Source: Dendrobates tinctorius (lineage: Eukaryota). Taken from it: a stretch of 64,000 nt of DNA. The stretch covers positions 372,001 to 436,000 of the forward strand of contig NW_027362112.1 of NCBI RefSeq assembly GCF_039654945.1, written 5' to 3'. Position 1 is the stretch's first letter. Every line of letters starts with the position of its first letter. Below are positions 50,230-62,587 of this stretch, in pieces. Below the pieces are notes generated by a model, which was given only the letters and a program-made list of their open reading frames with translations, was not told the DNA's origin and did not search any database. Both the position numbers and the translations under genes were made by a program.

Positions 50230-51660
50230 CAACACATATATAGAATGAAATACTGGGGAAATTAGAATCTGTGCAGAGCATAGGTACGTGGAAGCTGAGG
50301 TGCCACCACCCCGACGCACGTTTTGGCAACAGTGCCTTCCTCTGACCTCACAGAGCAGGAAACACTATTAAGTAGTTTGTGGTAACTAATGGTAGAATGT
50401 GTTCGATAACAGGTATCTAATGCTGTTCTGGATAGGCGCATGTACCACCGCCAGAAGCGGACATCACCGAGGGCTTCATCGGGAAAGAGGAACCCCCACA
50501 TGTGGTAACGTGAGCAGACCTATCTACTCCGAGTGAGGCGCTGTCCGCGATGCCAGGCAACCGAGCAGAAACAGACATGGACACACGACGGCTAAGCGAG
50601 TATCAGAAATACAGGAACATTAGAACGAGGCGGATTGGCTGTAAGTATGGAAGGGCAGAACGCACCATGAAAAACTAGTAGTGATAATATCCCCCAAACA
50701 GGTGGAGATGGAAAAAGAACATTCTGGTAAGAAGAAACACATTTTTGTGATTAACAATAGAGTCTAAAATGAGAACGATAAGAAATATACAAAGCGCAAC
50801 AATAGTGAGAGGACTGAAGGCTTCCACCATCGCTGGGCACTTAGGGGAGAATCATTAGAAAGTGCGATGTGCATCATGGAATGAAATGATCACAGATAAC
50901 ATGGGAGGCGCCAGCAGCATGGGAGGCGCCAGCTTCATGGGAGGCGCCAGCTTCATGGGAGGCGCCAGCTTCATGGGAGGCGCCAGCTTCATATCCATAC
51001 AGATAGAGGCACCAAGCAATATAAAGCGCAAGACTGGAAGAAGTGGCGAACCATAAAAACGAGAGGCCACCGGATCTTCATGTACTTGGTCCGATAGACT
51101 TCCATCCTGAGAATAGTGAAAATCAGAGCGAGAACTTACTGTAAGAAGATAAAACCGTGGAACCTGCCACACCCAACGAACCCTGGATAGGGGGGAGCAG
51201 AGGGTTTCAATGTCTAATTACCAGATCCAGCGAGACTCCTGGGCCAAATCGCGGCTGAGATTAGCCCGTCCGCCAGCTTGAATCCGGTGTCTTGGTGTTG
51301 TTATTGCATCCAGGACAGCCTCATTAGCTGCTGATGCTAAGATGTCCCTCACCTGCTCGGATTTTTGGTGCCCGAGTGGCAAGTCCCACAGATGATCGTG
51401 TCGCCTGGCATATGACGGTAGTTGTTTTCCACTGTCTGATAATAGAAATTCCTTTGTGGCGTCCATGTTTGGGCATGCTACCCATCTACCACGAGGTCTA
51501 CAACCCCACTGTGGTTGGGGTAATTGGGGGGTGGATAGTACCTCCAAACAAGATGGTCACGCAAGTTTGGGGAACATCTAGCCACAATAGATGGATGGGA
51601 TGGTAAATGCTGCCTTATCGTACGATCCGCCAGTGTTATTCTCTAATTGCATTTGTGCCA
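50230..51660 (-). mobile_element. Degenerate Penelope-like retroelement (GIY-YIG endonuclease remnant and pLTR region)
   Basis: GCRPRGRWVACPN..TKEF and GG..LSRDLAQESRWIW resemble Penelope endonuclease; hammerhead-like motif at 50309-50344; boundaries approximate. Confidence 0.65.
50900..50992. repeat. 18-bp tandem repeat, 5 copies (CATGGGAGGCGCCAGCTT)
   Basis: Read directly. Confidence 0.9.
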
Positions 51661-51697
51661 TTGCGAGTGGAACCGAGTGACCATTCTTACCTGACCA

Positions 51698-52827
51698 GTG
51701 TGAAGAAACCAACTGTGGGAGCAATAATAAGAAAATGGAAGACATACAAGACCACAGATAATCTCCCTCCCTCTGGGGCTCCACACAAGATCTCACCCCG
51801 TGGGGTCAAAATGATCACAAGAACAGTGAGCAAAAATCCCAGAACCACACGGGGGACCTAGTGAATGACCGGCATAGAGGTGGGACCACCATAACAAAGG
51901 CTGCCATCAGTAACACACTACGCCGCCAGGGACTCAGATCCTGCAGTGTCACACATGTCCCCCTGCTTAAGCAAGTACATGTCCAGGCCCGTCTGCCGTT
52001 TGCTAGAGAGCATTTGGATGATCCAGAAGAGTATTGGGAGAATGTCATATGGTCTGATGAAACCAAAGTAGAACTGTCTGGTAGAAACAAAACTCGTCGT
52101 GTTTGGAGGAGACAGAATGCTGAGCTGCATCCAACAAACACCATACCTACTGTAAAGCATGGGGGTGGCAACCTCATGCCTGGGGGCTGTTTCTCTGCAA
52201 AGAGACCAGGCTGACTCATTCGTGTAATGAAAGAATGAATGGGGCCATGTACCGTGAGATTTTGAGTGCAAACCTCCTTCCATCAGCAAGGGCATTGAAG
52301 ATGAAATGTGGATGGGTCTTTCATCATGATAATGATCCCAAGCACACCGATAGGGCAGGGAAAGAGTGGCTTCGTAAGAAGAATATGAAGGTCCTGGAGT
52401 GGCCCAGCCAGTCTCCAGATCTCAACCTCATAGAAAACCTTTGGAGGGAGTTGAAAGTCCGTGTTGCCCAGCGACAGGTCCAAAACATCACCGCTTTAGA
52501 GGAGATCTGCATGGAGGAATGGGCCAACATACCACCAACAGTGTGCGCCAACCTTGTGAAGACTCAGAAAACGTCTGACCTCTGTCATTGCCAACAAAGG
52601 ATAGATAACAAAATACTGAGATGAACTTTTGTTAATGACCAAATACTTATTTTCCACCATAATTTGCAAAATAAATCTTCCCATATCAGACAAGGTGATT
52701 TTCTGGATTTTTCTCATTGTGACTCTCATAGTTGTGGTCGACCTATGAGGTCAGTTACAGGCCGCTCTCATCTTTACAAGGGGGAGAACTTGCACGATTG
52801 GGGGCGACTAAAGACTTTTCCCTACTG
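51698..52827 (+). mobile_element. 5'-truncated Tc1/mariner transposon with disrupted DD34E transposase
   Basis: [35 protein letters not shown]; right end ...CTACTG followed by TA; inner direct repeat near 52640-52660. Confidence 0.93.
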
Positions 52828-53700
52828 TATATAACACGGGGTGGAGCTGAGCCCTCCTTTACGCCTAAGGCTTCTTTTAGAAAAAAGGAAACAGCCGCGC
52901 TCCCACCCTGCAGTCGTCACACAAGTCATTCCTAGTCACCCCATGGCTCTCACGTGTAGCCGGCTGCCCTCTCGTCCTGCATTGTGTGAGGGCGGCCGCT
53001 CCGCCAGCTCCTCTTACCTGAAGCAGAGTGCGCTTCGTTTCTCTCTTTCCTAAGGTTTCTTTGACACCGTGTTTTTGCGGCCTCAGTAGATTTCTATAGG
53101 GCTGCAACATCGGCCGTCGTAAAGATCGAGCCTACGTCTGGACACTCCCCCCAGTCACTTCCGGGTTTGCAGAACGCAGTTTTTTTTTCCCCAATACAAT
53201 CTGAAAAATGGCGATCCGCAAGTGTTTTGTGGTCCGTTATTGCGTCAGACTGTGAAATTGCAGCGGTACGGCCAGCAATAACGGGCCGCAAAAAAAAGCC
53301 AGTAAGTGTAAAGGAAGCCAGATACAGGATGGACCCACGTCCCGTATTTCTGGCAGATTTTGCTTCACTAATTACTGAAATTTCTTATTTTCAATGCCCC
53401 CCAGACCTCTTTGTAGGGTCTGCCAGAAGAAAAGCTTGGGTTTTCCCATTATGAGCATGCAAGGATTAGGAATTGCTCAGTTCAAGCAATGAACACCTAA
53501 ATATTTTAGTGCTCACTCATCTCTAGTGCTAGGTCTTTCAGAATTTTCTTAGATCTCCAACTTTCAGGATATATTCACCCCTGGAGGTCCCAGGCAGAAG
53601 ATATTGTCATTATGATTCCAATTTCATTTTGATACAGATATGACACATGGCATGAACAGCATCATCTATCAACTGTTATTAAGTTGGAGGTGTTAGAATG

Positions 53701-54203
53701 GTCACAACCTGGCTTCATCTTCCAGGGCCGATTACCCCACCTGTGGGGCACACACAGAGAGGTGGTAACAACAAGCTTAGGAAGAGGACAGCCCATTGAG
53801 GTACAAGGCCAGTTAATCCAAGGGTCACAACCTGGCTACGCCAAACATCTCCATGGAGCCAGGTGACCAGTGGGTCCCAATCCTGGCTTTCTCCAAATAT
53901 ATTCATGGTTCAGTGATGATCAATGGAGCAGATCTCTTCTTCCAACCAGGGCTGAGGTCCCCTAGGTTTCCAGAATGATAAATCCATGAACCTCATGATG
54001 ACGCCATGACATTGGCTCCTGTCCTGTCTCTGATCTTTTGATGTCTTAGCAGATCCTTCCTAATTATAGGTCACCACTTCTCCTTCAGCCATTCCACCAC
54101 CGGCTTGGGGGAAGGTGGTAGGAGGCCATCCCTCACTGCTGGAGTGCTCAGACAACATGCACAGATTGCCCTTCATATTGCAGAGCACCAATGGCTCATC
54201 CAC
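53701..54203. repeat. Inverted copy of the dispersed repeat at 17289-17682
   Basis: Direct sequence comparison. Confidence 0.8.
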
Positions 54204-54732
54204 AGTGTAACGGGGTCTACCAAGCTGGGGTACCTCTTTCAGTACCACCCCGTGTTTTCGGAGGTCCGCTCTGCGTTGGCTGGAGTCTGAATGAAGGATG
54301 CTGGCTGGAATTCCTCTGAGTGCATGGGCGCATATAAAAGATCACTGCTTCTCCATGTATTTCCAGTCTGACAATACTTTACTCACAGGACATCAAATGG
54401 CATCAGAAAGAGCGTCAGCTTCGTGCCCAACAACCGGCCCACAGTCAGCACCGCCACAAGATAAGCACAGGCTCAGCATCGTAATTAGACAGAGGTGGAG
54501 AATCATGACGACAGGTCACTGGTATCAGAGAATGACTCGCATAAAATCAATGTTGGAATTGCATTTTTTTTTCCACAACTTCACTGCACTCGGAATGGAT
54601 GGCATCATCCAAAACTGCAACTTGCCCCGTAAAAAATGACCTCACACGGCGAAGTGGATGGGAAACAAGGGAGGAAAAAAGTAATCAAAGTGTCCACCAG
54701 TGAGCAGTGTTCCCTGGGAGTAAAACACAGAA

Positions 54733-55903
54733 CGACGGCACCACGCGGCAGAGGCAGAACGACGGTACCACGCGGCAGAGGCAGAACGGCACCACGCGCC
54801 AGACGCAGAAAGACGGCACCACGCGGCAGAGGCAGAGTGACGGCACCACGCGGCAGAGTGACGGCACCACGCGGCAGTGACGGCACCACGCGGCAGAGTG
54901 ACGGCACCACGCGGCAGAGTGACGGCACCACGCGGCAGAGGCAGAGTGACGGCACCACGCGGCAGAGTGACGGCACCACGTGGCAGAGTGACGGCACCAC
55001 GTGGCAGAGTGACGGCACCACGCGGCAGAGTGACGGCACCACGCGGCAGAGTGACGGCACCACGCGGCAGAGTGACGGCACCACGCGGCAGAGTGACGGC
55101 ACCACGCGGCAGAGGCAGAGTGACGGCACCACGCGGCAGAGTGACGGCACCACGCGGCAGAGTGACGGCACCACGCGGCAGAGTGACGGCACCACGCGGC
55201 AGAGTGACGGCACCACGCGGCAGAGTGACGGCACCACGCGGCAGAGGCAGAGTGACGGCACCACGCGGCAGAGGCAGAGTGACGGCACCACGCGGCAGAG
55301 GCAGAGGGACGGCACCACGCGGCAGAGGCAGAGGGACGGCACCACGCGGCAGAGTGACGGCACCACGCGGCAGAGTGACGGCACCACGCGGCAGAGTGAC
55401 GGCGCCACGCGGCAGAGGCAGAGTGACGGCACCACGCAGCAGAGTGACGGCACCACGCGGCAGAGTGACGGCACCACGCGGCAGAGTGACGGCACCACGC
55501 GGCAGAGTGACGGCACCACGCGGCAGAGTGACGGCACCACGCGGCAGAGTGACGGCACCACGCGGCAGAGTGACGGCACCACGCGGCAGAGTGACGGCAC
55601 CACGCGGCAGAGTGACGGCACCACGCGGCAGAGGCAGAGGGACGGCACCACGCGGCAGAGGCAGAGGGACGGCACCACGCGGCAGAGGCAGAGGGACGGC
55701 ACCACGCGGCAGAGGCAGAGGGACGGCACCACGCGGCAGAGGCAGAGGGACGGCACCACGCGGCAGAGGCAGAGGGAAGGCACCACGCGGCAGAGGCAGA
55801 GTGACGGCACCACGCGGCAGAGGCAGAGTGACGGCACCACGCGGCAGAGGCAGAGTGACGGCACCACGCGGCAGAGGCAGAGTGACGGCACCACGCGGCA
55901 GAG
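54733..55903. repeat. 21/27-bp minisatellite (GACGGCACCACGCGGCAGAG[GCAGAG]T)
   Basis: Tandem units read directly. Confidence 0.96.
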
Positions 55904-55910
55904 TTACTAT

Positions 55911-55916
55911 TTTATT
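55911..55916 (-). terminator. Candidate NDRG4 polyadenylation signal AATAAA
   Basis: First canonical hexamer seen on the minus strand, 1.3 kb after the stop codon. Confidence 0.6.
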
Positions 55917-56534
55917 GAGGTTTGTTGTATTCATCCATTACTATCATGAATTAGTGATGGCTGCAGCCATGAGCATCCACGCCACAAAAGACAGAAACAA
56001 GAAGATGAAGAGAGTCACGGCGTACAGTACATACAGGCATTAATCACCCCCCGATCTCAGTCCGGGAAGCGAGGCCGCATAACCAGGGATGGGAAAAGAG
56101 ACAGCACAATGACAGCGGGGGAGACAGGACACAACTGGAATCAGGAGACTTGCGCAGGAACAGACCCTCACCCTCCTCTCCACGCACAGACATTCACCAG
56201 CACAGCGAGCGTCTTCTCACAGTCCCCCCAATATCAGTGAAGAAGCCATACTGGAACCTGGAGATATGGCAACAACATGCGTAAGTCATCCACTGCTTAC
56301 CCAATGCTAGATCCTTACATCACCTCTATCAGATCTTCTACCGTCATCTGGGATCTTCTGTACTCATCCAGGATCACCTCTATAGAAACCCCTAGTCATC
56401 TGTGGTATCACATACAATCATCCAGGTCACCTCTATGGCATTAGTAACTGTCACCCCGGTCAACTCTGTGGGATCCTTTAGCATCCACTAGGTTTCTTGA
56501 TAAGATCCCTCTATTGGATTCCCTAGAGTTGTCT

Positions 56535-57008
56535 GTTGTCACCCCTATGGGATCTTCTGTAGTCGTCAGTGGTCACCCCTAATGGGATCTTCTGTAGTCG
56601 TCAGGGGTCACCCCTATGGGATCTTCTGTAGTCGTCAGGGGTCACCCCTATAGGATCTTCTGTAGTCGTCAGGGGTCACCACTATGGGATCTTGTGTAGT
56701 CGTCAGGGGGTCACCCCTATGGGATCTTGTGTAGTCGTCAGGGGTCACCCCTATGGGATCTTGTGTAGTCGTCAGGGGTCACCCCTATGGGATCTTGTGT
56801 AGTCGTCAGGGGTCACCCCTATGGGATCTTCTGTAGGCGTCACCCCTATGGGATCTTCTGTAGTTGACAGGGGCCACCCCTATGGGATCTTCTGTAGTCG
56901 TCAGGCGTCACCCCTATGGGATCTTCTGTAGTCTCCAGGGGTCACCCCTATGGGATCTTCTGTAGGCGTCATCCCTATGGGATCTTCTGTAGTCGTCAAG
57001 GTCATCCC
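56535..57008. repeat. ~34-bp minisatellite in the probable NDRG4 3' UTR (GTCACCCCTATGGGATCTTCTGTAGTCGTCAGGG)
   Basis: Tandem units read directly. Confidence 0.92.
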
Positions 57009-57219
57009 TCTGATCTGCTGTTACCCATCTCACATCCAGTCACAGGGGAGTGGGGAGAGCACACACCAGAAGAGGATTAACTATTGTCACTCTGGTAATT
57101 GGTTCCCCAAAAAACGCCAGACGCTGTTTTAAGGGGTGGGGTGCAGGAAGAGAAACCAGTAAAGAAGAGAAGGGTAATGAGTGGGCGAGAGGATGGGCAG
57201 TAAGGGCGGCTCCGGGTCT

Positions 57220-57374
57220 TCAGCAGGACACTTCCATGGTGTGGTTGACCTGACCGATGCCCTCGCTGCTCTCTGACTGAGTGCAATGCCTGGGCCGACT
57301 TCCATCCACAGAACTGGCACTGGTGAGGGACGCTGTGCGAGATCGGGCGAGTCGGGTCATACTGGCCGAGGGCA
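57220..57374 (-). CDS. NDRG4: NDRG4 last coding exon
   Basis: [50 protein letters not shown]-stop; ttctgtag acceptor. Confidence 0.97.
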
Positions 57375-58205
57375 CTACAGAAACAAAGAGGAGTCAAGAA
57401 GTTAAAAGTCAGAACCAGAAGCTGAGTGTTCACAGAGCAGATCCAGGGAAGACACCGCAGAAGCATGAACGGCTCAGGACTGGATACAGGCTGAAAGCTT
57501 CGACCTGCCATGCAGGGTTGTGGGAAAGTGATGGCTGCTGCGGGGCTTGGGGTAGAGGAGGCTGGACTGTGCCCCAGTAATCAAGCGGCCCGCCTCCTCA
57601 GGTAGTGTAGTCCTTTGGTCAACATGCTGCTTGTTTCTCAACCCCTTTCCTTTGGCATGAAGCTCCATGTGAGGCGTGAGCGGTGACGCTGGGCCTAAAG
57701 GATCAGGGCCCTCCAGGCTCAGGTGGCGCTCTACAGGTCAGTGACAGAAGATTGGGCTGGGATGTATCACGCCATGTGCCGTACGAGGACTACAAGCACT
57801 GATGGACCGGCCGACCTATGTCGCGCCTGCGATACCCCAGCCACATTGCGCACCCATGGGTGTATCTGAGGGGGTGCACGTGAGCCGCGTGCACTCACAT
57901 ATAGGCACCGCCGGAGAAACCATGGGCTACAGGCAGTGGATGAGACCTGACACCCGGTGTGGGACAAGTCCCTGAACATAGGGCGTGAAGCTGGCCGCCT
58001 CCACGCCGTAACGTCCAGGGTGGGGGATGTGCGGCTGCAGACTTCTATACATGCGTGGAAGACGACGAACGGGAGAGCGTGAGCGCCCAACGATGGAGAA
58101 CAGCTGGAATAACATCGTCATTGGGAGGGAAAAGCAGCCCAGGCGGAGCAGAGGGGGACACTGAGCCGAGGAGCATGCAATCTATTCAGCAGGGTGATGG
58201 GATAC

Positions 58206-58244
58206 CTGCACTGGCACTCTGTCTCCGATCCTTCAAGGAGGCAA
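58206..58244 (-). CDS. NDRG4: NDRG4 39-nt cassette exon (IASLKDRRQSASA)
   Basis: cccccag acceptor, gtatcc donor, symmetric phase 1; matches mammalian IAYLKDRRLSGGA. Confidence 0.9.
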
Positions 58245-58445
58245 CTGGGGGAACAGATGAAGGAAGCAGGGGAAGGGGGTGAAGAGTCCAGCGGAGAGTG
58301 ATGAGGAGGGGAGAAGACACAAATGTGACATTGAGACAACAGGTACCAATATACTGCGATCACCATAAAGAGAATATAGAGCCGCAGAGACTTCAGAGTC
58401 AGCGTGAGCACAGAGGAAGAGAGGTCAGAGATGGGACGTGTACGG

Positions 58446-61400
58446 ACCAAGGGGACAGACTGAGGAGACAGAGACCAAGGGGACAGACTGAGGAGACAGA
58501 GACCAAGGGGACAGACTGAGGAGACAGAGACCAAGGGGACAGACTGAGGAGACAGAGACCAAGGGGACAGACTGAGGAGACAGAGACCAAGAGGACAGAC
58601 TGAGGAGACAGAGACCAAGGGGACAGACTGAGGAGACAGAGACCAAGGGGACAGACTGAGGAGACAGAGACCAAGAGGACAGAGACCAAGAGGACAGTCA
58701 AAAGACAGAGACCAAGGGGACAGACTGAGGAGACAGAGACCAAGAGGACAGACTGAGGAGACAGAGACCAAGAGGACAGAGACCAAGAGGACAGTCAAAA
58801 GACAGAGACCAAGGGGACAGACTGAGGAGACAGAGACCAAGAGGACAGACTGAGGAGACAGAGACCAAGAGGACAGACTGAGGAGACAGAGACCAAGGGG
58901 ACAGACTGAGGAGACAGAGACCAAGGGGACAGACTGAGGAGACAGAGACCAAGGGGACAGACTGAGGAGACAGAGACCAAGGGGACAGACTGAGGAGACA
59001 GAGACCAAGGGGACAGACTGAGGAGACAGAGACCAAGGGGACAGACTGAGGAGACAGAGACCAAGGGGACAGACTGAGGAGACAGAGACCAAGAGGACAG
59101 ACTGAGGAGACAGAGACCAAGGGGACAGACTGAGGAGACAGAGACCAAGGGGACAGACTGAGGAGACAGAGACCAAGAGGACAGACTGAGGAGACAGAGA
59201 CCAAGGGGACAGACTGAGGAGACAGAGACCAAGGGGACAGACTGAGGAGACAGAGACCAAGGGGACAGACTGAGGAGACAGAGACCAAGGGGACAGACTG
59301 AGGAGACAGAGACCAAGGGGACAGACTGAGGAGACAGAGACCAAGGGGACAGACTGAGGAGACAGAGACCAAGAGGACAGACTGAGGAGACAGAGACCAA
59401 GGGGACAGACTGAGGAGACAGAGACCAAGGGGACAGACTGAGGAGACAGAGACCAAGGGGACAGACTGAGGAGACAGAGACCAAGAGGACAGACTGAGGA
59501 GACAGAGACCAAGAGGACAGAGACCAAGAGGACAGTCAAAAGACAGAGACCAAGGGGACAGACTGAGGAGACAGAGACCAAGAGGACAGACTGAGGAGAC
59601 AGAGACCAAGAGGACAGAGACCAAGAGGACAGTCAAAAGACAGAGACCAAGGGGACAGACTGAGGAGACAGAGACCAAGAGGACAGACTGAGGAGACAGA
59701 GACCAAGAGGACAGACTGAGGAGACAGAGACCAAGGGGACAGACTGAGGAGACAGAGACCAAGGGGACAGACTGAGGAGACAGAGACCAAGGGGACAGAG
59801 ACCAAGAGGACAGTCAAAAGACAGAGACCAAGAGGACAGACTGAGGAGACAGAGACCAAGAGGACAGACTGAGGAGACAGAGACCAAGGGGACAAACTGA
59901 GGAGACAGAGACCAAGAGGACAGAGACCAAGAGGTCAGTCAAAAGACAGAGACCAAGGGGACAGACTGAGGAGACAGAGACCAAGAGGACAGACTGAGGA
60001 GACAGAGACCAAGAGGACAGACTGAGGAGACAGAGACCAAGGGGACAGACTGAGGAGACAGAGACCAAGAGGACAGTCAAAAGACAGAGACCAAGGGGAC
60101 AGACTGAGGAGACAGAGACCAAGGGGACAGACTGAGGAGACAGAGACCAAGGGGACAGACTGAGGAGACAGAGACCAAGGGGACAGACTGAGGAGACAGA
60201 GACCAAGGGGACAGACTGAGGAGACAGAGACCAAGGGGACAGACTGAGGAGACAGAGACCAAGGGGACAGACTGAGGAGACAGAGACCAAGGGGACAGAC
60301 TGAGGAGACAGAGACCAAGGGGACAGACTGAGGAGATAGAGACCAAGGGGACAGACTGAGGAGACAGAGACCAAGGGGACAGACTGAGGAGACAGAGACC
60401 AAGAGGACAGACTGAGGAGACAGAGACCAAGGGGACAGACTGAGGAGACAGAGACCAAGGGGACAGACTGAGGAGACAGAGACCAAGGGGACAGAGACCA
60501 AGAGGACAGTCAAAAGACAGAGACCAAGAGGACAGACTGAGGAGACAGAGACCAAGAGGACAGACTGAGGAGACAGAGACCAAGAGGACAGAGACCAAGA
60601 GGTCAGTCAAAAGACAGAGACCAAGGGGACAGACTGAGGAGACAGAGACCAAGAGGACAGACTGAGGAGACAGAGACCAAGAGGACAGACTGAGGAGACA
60701 GAGACCAAGGGGACAGACTGAGGAGACAGAGACCAAGAGGACAGTCAAAAGACAGAGACCAAGGGGACAGACTGAGGAGACAGAGACCAAGGGGACAGAC
60801 TGAGGAGACAGAGACCAAGAGGACAGACTGAGGAGACAGAGACCAAGGGGACAGACTGAGGAGACAGAGACCAAGGGGACAGACTGAGGAGACAGAGACC
60901 AAGGGGACAGACTGAGGAGACAGAGACCAAGGGGACAGACTGAGGAGACAGAGACCAAGGGGACAGACTGAGGAGACAGAGACCAAGGGGACAGACTGAG
61001 GAGACAGAGACCAAGGGGACAGACTGAGGAGACAGAGACCAAGGGGACAGACTGAGGAGACAGAGACCAAGGGGACAGACTGAGGAGACAGAGACCAAGG
61101 GGACAGACTGAGGAGACAGAGACCAAGGGGACAGACTGAGGAGACAGAGACCAAGGGGACAGACTGAGGAGACAGAGACCAAGGGGACAGACTGAGGAGA
61201 CAGAGACCAAGGGGACAGACTGAGGAGACAGAGACCAAGGGGACAGACTGAGGAGACAGAGACCAAGGGGACAGACTGAGGAGACAGAGACCAAGGGGAC
61301 AGACTGAGGAGACAGAGACCAAGGGGACAGACTGAGGAGACAGAGACCAAGGGGACAGACTGAGGAGACAGAGACCAAGGGGACAGACTGAGGAGACAGA

Positions 61401-61508
61401 GACCAAGGGGACAGACTGAGGAGACAGAGACCAAGAGGACAGACTGAGGAGACAGAGACCAAGAGGACAGTCAAAAGACAGAGACCAAGGGGACAGTCAA
61501 AAGACAGA
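58446..61508. repeat. 28-bp purine-rich minisatellite in an NDRG4 intron (GACCAAGGGGACAGACTGAGGAGACAGA)
   Basis: About 110 tandem units. Confidence 0.97.
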
Positions 61509-61571
61509 TGAAATGAGTGCAGACACCCTCCAGAGACCCCAGAGTCTGCCGTCTGGCAGAGCTGAACTTAC

Positions 61572-61623
61572 TGTATCCCATTCCTTGAAGGAAGTATTTA
61601 AAAGCTTCCGTCAGCTTTCCAGG
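61572..61623 (-). CDS. NDRG4: NDRG4 52-bp exon
   Basis: PGKLTEAFKYFLQGMGY; ttctcag acceptor, gtaagt donor. Confidence 0.97.
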
Positions 61624-61864
61624 CTGAGAAGAGAAATGACCACAATGTGACTCATTATTGGAATGTGATCGCACCTACAGACAAGAATAGAGTAAATGTG
61701 ACATCCACTGAGGAGTAACCTCCAGAGGTAGAGACCACCCCAGGAGACGCTGATGGATCCTGCATTTTGTGCCACCCACTGGCCATTCTCCTGAGAGGGA
61801 GACCACCAGAGAGCGCTTCTAACTGGTCTGACAACAGCTATGAAATAAGACTGGAAAGTTTCAT

Positions 61865-62363
61865 GTGACCGGTGACACTACAGCACCAGAGACCGTGTCC
61901 CTGCTGAGTACAGCCGTATGATGGGTCCTAGGACCATCACTCACCCTCACCTGCGGCTCTCACAGCTCCAGGGCTCGGCCCCTCACGTGACCGGTAACAC
62001 TACAGCACCAGAGACCACATCCCCGCTGAGTACAGCCGTATGATGGGTCCTAGGACCATCATCACTCACCCTCACCCATGGCTCTCACCACTCCAATGCT
62101 CAGCCCCTCACGTGACCGGTGACACTACAGCACCAGAGACCGTGTCCCTGCTGAGTACAGCCGTATGATGGGTCCTAGGACCATCATCACTCACCCTCAC
62201 CTGCGGCTCTCACAGCTCCAGGGCTCGGCCCCTCACGTGACCGGTGACACTACAGCACCAGAGACCACATCCCCGCTGAGTACAGCCGTATGATGGGTCC
62301 AAGGACCATCATCACTCACCCTCACCCATGGCTCTCACCACTCCAATGCTCAGCCCCTCACGT
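61865..62363. repeat. Four ~122-125-bp units in ABAB order in an NDRG4 intron
   Basis: Units start near 61865, 61987, 62112 and 62237; diagnostic variants alternate. Confidence 0.9.
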
Positions 62364-62440
62364 GAGCGATGGAAGAAATGTACAAATTGACCGGGCACAT
62401 GAGTGGGTGAGAACGATAGATACGACAGGAGGGTAAATAC

Positions 62441-62476
62441 CTGGGTGACCTGTGGAAGTCCTCCAGAGTCCGCCAT
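62441..62476 (-). CDS. NDRG4: NDRG4 36-bp exon
   Basis: MADSGGLPQVTQ; cacacag acceptor, gtattt donor. Confidence 0.95.
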
Positions 62477-62587
62477 CTGTGTGCGACAAGATGAGAGCAG
62501 AATTAATAGAAGATTCACGCTGAAATACGACATTATGGCTGAGACATCCCCCCTCCTCAACAGCCTCCAAACTGCATGTATATGATC

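Noticed and set aside
56172-56257. Exon-like segment on the minus strand bounded by AG and GT
   Set aside because: Stops in all frames and located in the probable NDRG4 3' UTR
57281-58200. Possible plus-strand Gypsy pol relic or ORFs
   Set aside because: 57220-57374 is the antisense of the NDRG4 last exon; remaining similarities are too weak to call
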